Below, in pieces: positions 9,540 to 19,353 of a stretch of 54,601 nucleotides of DNA (position 1 is its first letter; each line of letters begins with the position of its first letter). Source of the DNA: an uncultured bacterium. GTDB taxonomy: Bacteria > Latescibacterota > UBA2968. A program made the position numbers and the translations under genes. Below the pieces are notes generated by a model. The model saw nothing but the letters and a program-made list of their open reading frames with translations, was not told where the DNA came from and did no database searches. The stretch lies in contig CAYYGZ010000003.1 in assembly GCA_964471275.1 (NCBI GenBank), positions 1-54,601 of the forward strand, in the 5' to 3' direction.

Positions 9540-10575
9540 CTACAGCTCTTTCCCGTCATAGCAGATGATCTCGTGACTCGGCCCCGAGTATACCGTCTTC
9601 ACCGCCGCCAGAATCTCCGCCCTTCTCGCCGCCCGTTCCTTCCTGGGTAGCTCAACCACTATATCATCCACGTCGTGTGGCCCGATCCGCCAGTGTCCCA
9701 GCACGGCGCCCTTGAACTCGCCATCGATCAGCAAGTATTGCAGCACCTCAAGATCGCTGTATCGTTCCTTCAATTCACTCGTATAGGCGTAAGCCAGGAA
9801 ATCCGCTTGGTGGATCATCCAGCTTCCGGGTTCAATCGCCCTGTCGTAATCGGATTCCTCGAGCACCCATCCCATCCACGCTGCACACGATCACATCACC
9901 TTCCGCTTCCAGCTGGGCCATCAACCTCTTCGTCTTGCTCACCGACCAGCACGACCAGTCTTTGACCTGCTTGAAAGTCGCAAACACCATCACCTTCAGA
10001 AACCGCTTCACCACCTCCCCTGCCGCGCGCTCCCACGATCTCCTCGCCAGGTCGACCTCCGACCACTCCGCCGTAAAATCGCACCATCCCCGATCCCAAT
10101 CCGTCTCGGCCTGATCCTCGAACACGATACACGCTTCCTGCATCCTGTGGAGCGCCGGTATGATCTGCTTCTTCAGCAGCGGTTCTCCCCCATCCAGGGC
10201 GACCTCTTCCTTAATTTGATCACCATTGACCGGCCCAATCTCTTGCACGACATCCAGAACCCTCTGCTTGATATCATTCAGCTCGTTGAGCGATTTTCGG
10301 AACGCCGAGCAATAAAGCTCCAGGTCTGCGACGCTTATATACGCCACTCGTCCCTTCTGGAACCGCCCCTTCACGATCTCCCGTTTACCTCGCAAGTCGT
10401 CGAGCGCCTCCCCATCGTCGAATCTCGTACGATGCCTGAGACGCGGAGGCGTTCCCGGATATGCATTGGCAAGCGGCGCCACGGGTTGCAAGCGCCCAAA
10501 CAGTTCCGAGAACTCTTCCGGTTTCGAAGGGGTTTCGCAAAGCCTTGTCTCCTCAGCCGCTCAGCAATGATGCAT
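9540..10575 (-). pseudogene. Winged-helix / AlkZ(YcaQ)-like DNA glycosylase-family gene with at least two frameshifts
   Basis: Three collinear frames: IIAERLRRQGFAKPLR | PEEFSELFGRLQPV...IVKGRFQKGRVAYI...ALHRMQEA...CSVDG | GWVLEESD...LLIDGEFKGAVLGHWR...YDGKEL. Shifts lie near 10522 and near 9870. The family assignment rests on recalled similarity. Confidence 0.6.
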
Positions 10576-10819
10576 CTGGTTCTTGTCCTCGCCGTGGAAC
10601 GCCTCTCTTCAATTTCGGATCCTGGAACGCCGGTCGTTCCTCCCGACCTATGGCTTTCTCTGTGGTGTTCGGCAACGCGATCGCACAAATTACAGCTTCA
10701 TCAGCCCACTGATCAACCCCAACTTGGAACCACTGAACGGAAGCGTGATTGCAGTTCCATTCTAGAGATAGAAAATGTGGTGATGTGAAGAGAGAAGATT
10801 AAGAGTCAACAGATGCTTC

Positions 10820-10975
10820 TTGATCTTCAAATCTGCTGCCCACTTTCGTACAGGCTTCGAGTCGTGAGCGGCGGCGATCCACGTGGTAGCAGAACCGAGT
10901 GTTCACAACCCGGCGGACGGCAAACTCGCTTTCAGGAACCTCGGGAGGAAGCTCTATCCCCTCGATCCGATCTAG
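10820..10975 (+). pseudogene. C-terminal remnant of an MlrC / M81 metallopeptidase-like gene
   Basis: Manual translation: LIFKSAAHFRTGFES*AAAIHVVAEPSVHNPADGKLAFRNLGRKLYPLDPI*. KSxxHFRxGF and the terminal LYPLD resemble the MlrC C-terminal domain; internal TGA at 10865-10867; no N-terminal part upstream. Confidence 0.6.
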
Positions 10976-11000
10976 GGAAGATCGAAACAGAAAGAGAGCA

Positions 11001-12504
11001 ATGGACAGACCCAACATCGTATTCATCCTCGCGGACGACCTCGGCTGGCGTGACCTCAGCTGCGAAGGGAGCCCCATCTACGAAAGCCCGAACATCGATC
11101 GCATTGCGAATGAAGGAATGCGGTTCACGCAGGGCTATGCGGCCTGCCAGGTATGCAGCCCGTCACGGGCGAGCATCCTGACGGGTAAAACGCCGCCGCG
11201 TCACGGTATCACAGACTGGATCGGTGCACGGTCGGGGATCGCTTGGCGAGACACCGAGCGGCACAACAAACTCCTCCCGCCTGACTATGACCACGGACTT
11301 CGGAACGAAGAGATCACGTTCGTTCAGGTTCTGAAGGACTCCGGTTACCGGACCTTCTTCGGTGGCAAGTGGCACCTGGGTGACGAAGGCAATCACCCCG
11401 AACAGTTCGGATTTGAAGTAAACGTCGGCGGTTGGAGGGTTGGCAGCCCCTCCGGTGGCTACTTCTCACCCTACAAGAACCCGAAGCTGGAAGACGGACC
11501 GGACGGGGAGTCTCTTCCCATTCGATTGGGAACCGAGACGGCCAATTGGATCGAAGCGCACAAGAATGAGCCCTTTCTTGCCTACCTCTCCTTCTACTCC
11601 GTTCACGGGCCCATCCAGACAAGCCAGGATCGATGGGCGAAGTATCGTGAGAAGGCGACCGAACGAGGCCTGGTGGACTCCCGATTCATCATGGACCGTA
11701 ACCTGCCCGTTCGACAGGTACAGGACTGTCCGATATACGGCGGTATGGTCGAAGCCATGGACGATGCGGTCGGAATCGTCCTCGACCGGCTCGATCAGCT
11801 CGGTCTTGCCGACAACACGATCGTTTGTTTCACCTCGGATAATGGGGGTGTCTCATCCGGTGATTCTTTCCCGACATCCAACCTTCCTCTACGCGGCGGC
11901 AAAGGCCGGCAGTGGGAAGGCGGAATCCGTGAGCCCTTCCACATCAAAGCACCCGGGATTACGGAGCCAGGCTCGACCTGTGATGTTCCTGTATCAGGTA
12001 TTGACTATTACGCCACATTCCTCGAGCTCGCAGGTCTCGACATTCCCGATCAGCAAGTCGTTGACGGCCTAAGCCTCGCCCCTCTGCTGAAAGGTGAATC
12101 AGACAGCACGCTCTCCGAACGGGACCTCTTCTGGCACTACCCGCACTACGGCAACCAGGGTGGCGATCCGTCCGCGATGATTCGGAGTCAGAATTGGAAG
12201 CTGATCCACTACTTCGAAGATGGCCACGACGAACTCTACGACCTCGACAACGACGAAGGTGAGCGGTCCGACATCAGCGGTGCGCATCCCGANNNNNNNN
12301 NNTCGGTTGTACACGCGGCTCGAGGAGGTCGATGCAAAATTTCCGATTCCGGATACCGATCACGATCCGGAGAAGGAGGCCGCGCGTCTCCACTCGCTCG
12401 AACACGAATTCATGCCAAAACTCGAGAAGCAACACGCAGATTATCTCGACCCCACCTGGCAACCCAATGACGATTGGTGGCAGAGCCAGATCGTCATCGA
12501 TTAG
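11001..12504 (+). CDS. Sulfatase (Cys-type), interrupted by an N-gap near the 3' end
   Basis: ATG 11001, RPNIVFILADDLG, CSPSR, GKWHLG, YSVHGP, TSDNGG, WEGGIREP and LFWHYPHY. After the gap at 12293-12302 the C-terminus continues in the frame ending at 12504. Confidence 0.9.
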
Positions 12505-12523
12505 CGTGAGTCGGAATACAGAT

Positions 12524-13453
12524 GTGAGCAAACTCGTCTACATCATGATGACTATGGATTGTGAGTCAGCGAAGGTCGACGTCAGTGATCACGGCATCTC
12601 GATGTCGTCGAGCGGCCCGGCAGACTACAAAGAGAGTGAGAGATCGATCAGGGGATTTGTCGACGCAGTCGGTCGGGCCGGATACCCCGTCACCTTGTTC
12701 CTGCATCCCGAGGTAGCGATCGCACATCGAAACATGCTGCTCGGAATGCAGTCGAATGGTGTTTGCCTCGGGCTGCACCTGCATCCCTACAAGCTTGCTG
12801 ACAGCTCGCACTCTGATGACCTCGGGGCCTACCCCGAGAACGAACAGAGGGTGATCTTGCGGGAAGCAATAACGGCCTGGGAAAGCGCGCTTGGCCAGAG
12901 ACCTCAGTACTTCCGTGCAGGCTACTTCTCGGCAAATGATGCCACATTCAGACTCCTGGATAAGCCTGGATTTCGGGGGGGAAGCCTCTCCAATCCCGGC
13001 AGAATACTGGGTTCTCACTTCAGCACGTGGGATGGTTCTGATCCCTATCCGCACAGGGCTCACCCAGCTTTCCGACTCATCTCGGGAAACACGAATTTCA
13101 TCGAAATACCCGTCGCGGTAGCCTACGGACGTCCCGTGTCTCGAGGTCACGCCGGAGAGAAGGGCTACGAGTGGCCATATATCCCACATACGTATGACCA
13201 TCAGGCCGTTGTTGCCGACATACTCGGTCGTTTCACAGACGACCGTCCCGACTTCGGGACGCTGGTTACGGACACGCACAACGATCACGACTACACAGAC
13301 ACAAACAGTTCTGCCAGCATAAACCTAGACCGCATCTTGACGGCCATCCAGAAATCCTGCGATGAACTGGATCTGAAATCATCAGGCACGACGATTGATG
13401 CGTTGTGCCATCGTGTCCGCGAATCAGACGGTTCCGACCGTTTGACATCGTAG
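12524..13453 (+). CDS. Polysaccharide deacetylase-like (NodB/CE4 fold) protein
   Basis: MTMDCE, PVTLF, GLHLHP, FRAGYFS and IEIPV motifs; start at GTG 12524, or alternatively 12506. Confidence 0.7.
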   Translation: MSKLVYIMMTMDCESAKVDVSDHGISMSSSGPADYKESERSIRGFVDAVGRAGYPVTLFLHPEVAIAHRNMLLGMQSNGVCLGLHLHPYKLADSSHSDDLGAYPENEQRVILREAITAWESALGQRPQYFRAGYFSANDATFRLLDKPGFRGGSLSNPGRILGSHFSTWDGSDPYPHRAHPAFRLISGNTNFIEIPVAVAYGRPVSRGHAGEKGYEWPYIPHTYDHQAVVADILGRFTDDRPDFGTLVTDTHNDHDYTDTNSSASINLDRILTAIQKSCDELDLKSSGTTIDALCHRVRESDGSDRLTS

Positions 13454-13473
13454 AGCTTCGCAAGGAGTGCCGT

Positions 13474-14445
13474 ATGTCTCGCATGATGCAGCTGGAAAAG
13501 CTGGACGGCTTCGGTAACGTGCAGATGGTTGAAGTGGACCGCCCTGCGCCAGGACCGGGGCAACTGCTTGTGAAGGTCAACCGGAGTCTGATCAGTCGCG
13601 GCTCGGAGTTGTTCAAGCGATATGTGCTCGAAAAGGCGGTCAGCCCGGACATCATGGGGTATTCGGACGCGGGTGAGATCATCGAGGTTGGACCGGATGT
13701 CGGGTCCTACTCGATCGGTCAACGTGTCATGGTCAACGCGCCGCACGCGCAGTATGTCATCGCGAACACGGAAGGTCGACGCAAGCGTGCCTTCTCGCTC
13801 CCTGACGATCTGACCCAGGAAATCGCCACCTTCCTGCCGCTCACGACCAGTTCCGTCATGTGGATGCGCAGTTCACCGATTGAATCCGGTCAGACCGCCG
13901 TCATCCTGGGTCAGGGCATCGTCGGTTGTCTCTGCGCACAGATTCTGAGAGACAGGAACCCCGGGAGAATCATCGTTGTGGATGCCCAGGTTCTCAGGTG
14001 CGACATTGCCAGTAAGCTGGGTTCCGACCACGTGATCAATGTCTCGGAGACAGATTCTGTCAAGGAGGTAAAACGGCTTACGGAAGGTCGAGGAGCCGAT
14101 CTCGTCGTCGAATGCGTCGGGGGAAACGTGGGAGTCAAGTCATTCGAGCAGGCGCAACGGATGCTGGCACCAGAAGGTACGATCCACCTGATCTCAAAGT
14201 ATCAGGGAGAGCCTCTCCCTCTTGACGGCGACGCGTTCATGAATAAGCGACTCATTGCCGGTATAAGAACCGATCAGCCTCGGGAGGAATGTATGGCCGA
14301 TGCCGCAGGGATGCTTGGCGACGGGACGGTGCGAATAGCGGATATGATTACGCATCGGCTGCCGTGGCAGCAGACACCTGATGCATATCATATGCTCTAT
14401 GAGAGACCGAACGAAGCTCTCGGTGTTGTCCTGGAGTGGGACTGA
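13474..14445 (+). CDS. Medium-chain (zinc-binding alcohol dehydrogenase family) oxidoreductase
   Basis: AAGGAG RBS and ATG 13474; SLISRGSE, MGYSDAG, ILGQGIVG (Rossmann), GADLVVECVG and ITHRLP. The catalytic-zinc Cys is not evident. Confidence 0.85.
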   Translation: MSRMMQLEKLDGFGNVQMVEVDRPAPGPGQLLVKVNRSLISRGSELFKRYVLEKAVSPDIMGYSDAGEIIEVGPDVGSYSIGQRVMVNAPHAQYVIANTEGRRKRAFSLPDDLTQEIATFLPLTTSSVMWMRSSPIESGQTAVILGQGIVGCLCAQILRDRNPGRIIVVDAQVLRCDIASKLGSDHVINVSETDSVKEVKRLTEGRGADLVVECVGGNVGVKSFEQAQRMLAPEGTIHLISKYQGEPLPLDGDAFMNKRLIAGIRTDQPREECMADAAGMLGDGTVRIADMITHRLPWQQTPDAYHMLYERPNEALGVVLEWD

Positions 14446-15424
14446 TCGGCGTCGGGCCACTTGAACAACACAAAAGAACTCCACCACCGATGTCTCGCCG
14501 GGTGAGCAGATTACAGCCTAATGTTGGATCGACATTAGGCATATTTTGCAGACACCCGCCTAACAACACGCCAACGATATCACCCCTCCCTTCGCTCTGG
14601 GGGCTGCTTGTATAGACCCAGGCCACAGTCGACTTGATCTCTGTATTTCGTCCTGTCAGGATCAGCGTCTCAGCGTCAAACCGCTTCATCCGCGGCGCCC
14701 AGGCATTGAGCGTCGACTCCCTGACAATCGGCTCCCACGTCGCGCCACCATCGCAACTGCGGCGCGAGTAGCAGCACGCGTGTGGTGGGGTGTGATACGT
14801 CATCGCGAGCAAAGTCCCGTCCGGGCAGAAGAGGACGTGCGGGTAGAATGGCGGGCCAGCATCTGCAAGCTTGTCAAATTCAGGATAGTCGGTTGGGAAC
14901 ACGACACTCCGCTTCTCCCACGACAGGCCGTCCAGGCTAGCATACAGCGCATTCTCGTGCCGTGACCAGGCTCCCGCGTAGATCGTGTTGTCTTGCATGA
15001 TCAGATTTCGGGCAAACATCACCACGTGGGTATCGCTGCCGTCTACCGGCCCGACCTCGAGCCACGTCTCGCCGTGATCCTCACTCACCTGAGCCCAGGA
15101 CCCGACAATCCCCCGGTCTCCGCCGAGGATCTCACACCGCTAAACGATCATTACCAGTCGGCCATCGGGAGCCTGACCATACTCTCCGAACAACGAGTCG
15201 AACCCTCGACCACGCCAATCGGCGACGGCCCCCTCGTCTGACCAGGTATATCCGCTGTCACGACTTCGCCACAGGTGAACGAAACCGTCACCACCCCCGT
15301 GCTGCTCCGAATCCTGATGGCACAGCAGCAGATCCCCATTCGTGGCACGGATCACGCAGGGCCCGTGCAGATCTCGGCCCGGATTCACGTTCACACAAAC
15401 CCGATTGATGATTTCGATGCTCAC
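14348..15424 (-). pseudogene. BNR/Asp-box (sialidase-like) protein with an in-frame TAG and an aberrant C-terminus
   Basis: Asp-boxes SRDSGYTW, SEDHGETW, SLDGLSW and SCDGGATW. ORFs 15140..15424 and 14348..15088 share one frame separated by a single TAG (15140-15142): RLVMIV*RCEILGG. The credible protein ends near 14560; the frame then runs into the opposing gene. Confidence 0.7.
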
Positions 15425-15461
15425 GTCTCAGCCATCTCCTTCAGTACTTCTCCAGGTAGAC

Positions 15462-16691
15462 TCAACCTTCGATCGCAAACCGAATCGTCCGAAACCGTCC
15501 AGCCAGGGCCTCGGCCCGCGCTCTTACGCCTTTGGCGTCGGCCATCCCTTCCACAATACAGTCTGCAATTGCTCCCGCGTCTTCTTCGATCATGCCATAT
15601 CGCGTCACTTCCTGAACACCAATCCGCAATCCCTGCTGACCGTACTCCGCCGGTATTCCCGTATCTCCGACGATGATCCCACTGGATTCCAGCCGATCGG
15701 CGACGGTCTTCCCATCCCCAAAAGCATCGACCACGGCCAGGATCGTGTGTGATTCGGTGTAGCCATAGTCCGCTCCCACGATCGGGACTCCGCGCGATTC
15801 CAGGGCGTCAGCCAGAGCCTTCGCGTTCCGGATGATCGCATCAGCATAGGCGCTTCCGCACGCCTGCCACTCGAGAAACGTCGCCGCAAGTGCCGGTACC
15901 CGTGCCAGGTGGTGATTCGCGATGAACAACGGTGCGGTCGCCTCACCAATTCGTTCATAGAGCGCGGCATCATTGGTCAGAATCATCCCGCCCTGCGGAC
16001 CGGCCAGCGTCTTGTGCGTGCTCGTAATCAGCACATCCGCACCTTCGGCCAGGGGCTGCTGAAATCGCCCGCCCGCGATCAGCCCCATCACGTGGGCGGC
16101 GTCGTAGACAAGTAGCGAATCCGGACAATGTCGGTCCAGAGCATCCCGGATTTCGCGAACGGGCTGAGGGAACAGGAACACGGCCGAGCCCAGGACGACA
16201 AGCTTTGGCCTGTGCGTCTCGATCATCGCCACTGTGGCATCGAGCTCCACATTGTAACGGTGCCCATCCCAGGGAACGGCAAGCGGATTCAATCCCACTT
16301 TCAGCCCGGATGTCGCAAGCTTGTGCGCGTATCGATGCGCGTTCTGTATCTCGAGAACGGTGTCCCCTGGCTCCCCGAGCGCAAACATCGAGATGATTCC
16401 AGCGACATTCCCCGAGAGTGCACGAAGATCGACGTGCTGAGCCCCGAACAGATCGCGGGCGGTCTCCTGTGCGAGCTTCTCGAGTGCCGCGACGTGCTGC
16501 GTGCCCTGATAGTACTGATTGGCAGGGTCCGTACCCAGGTAATAGCCATACCGCCTGTTCAGCGACTCCACGATCATGCTTTCCACGAAAGGGGACGGCG
16601 TGTTCTCGGATGCAATGAGATTCAGGCTGGTCTCCCGATAGGTCTGCTGATCCGCGATCAGGGCCTTCAGTCGAGCGATCTGTTCGGTCAT
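15462..16691 (-). CDS. Serine hydroxymethyltransferase-like PLP enzyme (divergent)
   Basis: LNLIASEN, YDAAHVMGLIAGG, STHKTLAGPQGG (PLP lysine) and GLRIGVQEVTRYGM; the canonical YAEG and GGHLxHG motifs are absent. Confidence 0.85.
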   Translation of the reverse strand: MTEQIARLKALIADQQTYRETSLNLIASENTPSPFVESMIVESLNRRYGYYLGTDPANQYYQGTQHVAALEKLAQETARDLFGAQHVDLRALSGNVAGIISMFALGEPGDTVLEIQNAHRYAHKLATSGLKVGLNPLAVPWDGHRYNVELDATVAMIETHRPKLVVLGSAVFLFPQPVREIRDALDRHCPDSLLVYDAAHVMGLIAGGRFQQPLAEGADVLITSTHKTLAGPQGGMILTNDAALYERIGEATAPLFIANHHLARVPALAATFLEWQACGSAYADAIIRNAKALADALESRGVPIVGADYGYTESHTILAVVDAFGDGKTVADRLESSGIIVGDTGIPAEYGQQGLRIGVQEVTRYGMIEEDAGAIADCIVEGMADAKGVRARAEALAGRFRTIRFAIEG

Positions 16692-16855
16692 CCGTATCCT
16701 GTCTGGAAGGTGTGAAGGGCGATCAGCATGATAAGGGTCTGCGTGTATGGCGTCATCCCCACGGACAGACCTTTCTGATATGGATTCCTTGCCCAGCCAC
16801 CTTACCTTGCAGGTTCAAAGATGGAAGCGCTGTTGACAATCTGGATGAGGTCGTC

Positions 16856-17200
16856 GTGGAATATCGGCAACTGGGCAACACCGAATTTACCTTCAGCTCG
16901 ATAGGCACGGGGGGCGTCACATTCGGGCGCGAAATCGATCGAGAACAATCGTTTCAAGTCCTGGATTACGCGCTCGACCGTGGAATTACTCTGTTTGACA
17001 CGGCAGAATCCTATGCAGCGGATGAATCTGAACAGGTTGTCGGTGAATGGATCGCCAGCCGGGGAATAGGGGATCAGATCGTTCTGGCGACCAAGGTCGG
17101 AGGCGAGCTTACACGAGACAGGGACCTTACCTCCGCAGAAGAGAGTCTCCGGCGTCTGAAGGTGGAAACGGTTGAACGGAGTGGGAATCTTCATGGATGA
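16856..17200 (+). pseudogene. Truncated aldo/keto reductase
   Basis: VEYRQLG, GITLFDTAESY, IVLATKV and EESLRRLKVET, then a stop after about 114 codons, roughly one third of a normal AKR; GAGGT RBS upstream. Confidence 0.8.
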
Positions 17201-17296
17201 GGAGATCAGACAATATCGTATTAGGTTGGAGATGCGGTAGGAGACCCTATCTTGCGCGCATTGCTATTCTACATTCAACAAACAACAGGAGCTCGA

Positions 17297-18379
17297 ATGA
17301 AGAAATATCGCGTCGGAATCGTTGGCCTTGGGCGCATGGGGAGCACGATCGACGACGAAAACCACGCCGTCAAACCCTATGCGATTGCGGGGTGCTGCCA
17401 GGAAATGGATCAGCTCGAGCTCGTTGCGGGCTCAGACTTGCAGCAGGACAAGCGAACTGCCTTCAGTGAGCGGTGGGGAGTCGAGTCGGTCTACGAGGAT
17501 TACATGGAGATGGTCGAGAAAGAGAACCTCGACCTTGTCGCCATCTGCACGACGGCTTCGGGTCTCTTCAAGCCGGCGAACGAGGCACCCGATGCCAGCT
17601 TCCGAGGCGACTCACACGCCCATCTCACGGTCAGTCTCGCAAACGCGGGCGTCCCGATGCTCTACGTAGAGAAAGCCGTGGCGAGTTCGATGAAGCGTGC
17701 TGACGATGTACTCGAAGCCGTGACCGCGAACAGGACGGTGTTCAACAGCGGCGTCCTCAGACGCTTCAACACCCACTACCAGGCGGTCAAGGCAGCGATA
17801 GAAGCCGGAGAGATCGGTGAGCCTACGGCGGCCACACACTACGCAGCAGCCAGCTTGATGCACGGGCATATTCATTCGATCGACACCCTGTCCTACTTGC
17901 TCGGCGACCCGAGGATCAAGTCCGTTCGCGGCGAGCTCCTGCCTCTCGACACAAAGATCGAGAACAACCACATCGCTGCCGATCCTCGCGCCGTGTATCA
18001 ACTCGTGTTCGAAAACGGGATCTATGCGGCCAGCCTTCCAGCAGGGCAATGGGAGTTCGAAATTACCGGAACGGAAGGCTGTATCCGCTCGCTCAATAAT
18101 GGTGACAGCGTGCAGCTCAGAAAACCTGGCGGGATGGTTGGGAAGCGTCCAGCCTGGGAGGAAGTTCCGTCGGTTGAAGTCAATACCGGCAGCCACGTCA
18201 TCTCCTGCCTCCAGGATCTCGTCGATGCCTATGAAGAAGGTCGGTCAACGATCGGGCCCATCGACGTCACGCATCACATCACCGAAGCGTGCATCGCAGT
18301 CGCGGAGAGCCATCGGGCCGGGGGCGGCTGGATCGATTTGCCTCTGAGCCAAAGAGATCTCTACATCTTCCATATCTAG
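17297..18379 (+). CDS. Gfo/Idh/MocA family oxidoreductase
   Basis: AGGAG RBS; RVGIVGLGRMG, DLVAICT, YVEKAVA, LRRF and HGHIHSID motifs. Confidence 0.9.
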   Translation: MKKYRVGIVGLGRMGSTIDDENHAVKPYAIAGCCQEMDQLELVAGSDLQQDKRTAFSERWGVESVYEDYMEMVEKENLDLVAICTTASGLFKPANEAPDASFRGDSHAHLTVSLANAGVPMLYVEKAVASSMKRADDVLEAVTANRTVFNSGVLRRFNTHYQAVKAAIEAGEIGEPTAATHYAAASLMHGHIHSIDTLSYLLGDPRIKSVRGELLPLDTKIENNHIAADPRAVYQLVFENGIYAASLPAGQWEFEITGTEGCIRSLNNGDSVQLRKPGGMVGKRPAWEEVPSVEVNTGSHVISCLQDLVDAYEEGRSTIGPIDVTHHITEACIAVAESHRAGGGWIDLPLSQRDLYIFHI

Positions 18380-18392
18380 AGGAGCGAGCCGT

Positions 18393-19196
18393 ATGGCAGA
18401 GAGGAAGGATGCGAATCGCTGGGATCCTCGGCAGTATCAGAAATTCGGTGATCATCGCCTCCGTCCGGGGTTGGAACTCATGGATCGGGTCCAGCTCGAA
18501 TCGCCTGAGCGGGTGTTCGACCTCGGATGTGGCACGGGAAGCCTGACTCGCATCCTTGCGGAAAAATAGCCGAGTGCTCGTGTTACGGGTGTCGACCGCT
18601 CGGATGATATGCTTGCCAGAGCTCGGCAAGAGACAAGCGTTGTAGACTGGCTCGAAGCGGATGTGCGCGAATGGCAACCCGAGTCGCCCCCGGACTTGAT
18701 CTATTCGAACGCGACACTTCATTGGGTAGACGATCATCCTGAGCTGTTCCCGCGCCTGGCCAGCATGCTAGATCCAGGTGGTGTGCTCGCGGTCCAGATG
18801 CCCCTCAGCTGGGGTATGCCCTCACATTATCTGATGCGTGAAGTGCTTGCTACGGGTGCGAAGAAAAGCAGGTCCTTCGGAACGGAAGCGCTACGCATCT
18901 CGACCGGGCGAAAATGGGTCGCAGATGCCGACGCCTACTATGATCTTCTCGCCGGAGAGTCAGAACAGCTCGATATCTGGGAAACCGAATACCTCCAGAT
19001 ACTGGAGGGACAGGATCCGGTACTCGAGTGGGTAAAAGGCACAGGTCTTCGACCTATCCTGGATGGACTCGATGATCAGGAGCGCGAAGCCTATCTCGGA
19101 GTCTACGGCGAAAGACTGCGTGAAGCCTACCCGATGAGAGAGGACGGCAAGACAATCTACCCGTTTCGACGTCTCTTCATCGTGGCGACGATCTGA
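18393..19196 (+). pseudogene. tam: Trans-aconitate 2-methyltransferase-like gene with an in-frame TAG
   Basis: GAGGAG RBS and ATG 18393: WDPRQYQKFGDHRLRP...VFDLGCGTGSLTRILAEK*PSARVTGVD...SNATLHWV...LAVQMP...WVKGTGLRP...YPFRRLFIVA. TAG at 18567-18569 is codon 59. Confidence 0.85.
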
Positions 19197-19353
19197 CTCA
19201 CAAACAGCGGAAGGAATTGGGAAGCTTTCAGATTTCCTGATCTCGTGTGTTCCATCGACCCCGATCAGACACGACATGAACAACGAGACGTGTTTGGCCA
19301 CTCGAAACCCCCAGCAACTTCATCAACTCACGACCAGAGACCGAGCACAAATC

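Noticed and set aside
16692..16855. ZTP or other riboswitch upstream of the glyA-like gene
   Set aside because: Only an imperfect inverted repeat (AAGGGTCTG...CAGACCTTT) is present; I could not find the ZTP consensus elements.
15140..18569. Amber recoding or pyrrolysine use, suggested by two in-frame TAGs
   Set aside because: Many intact genes here end in TAG at natural C-termini (e.g. 1859, 3363, 18379, 21000, 35275, 44898, 47758). Both internal TAGs are one transition from TGG or CAG, and no pyl genes are present.
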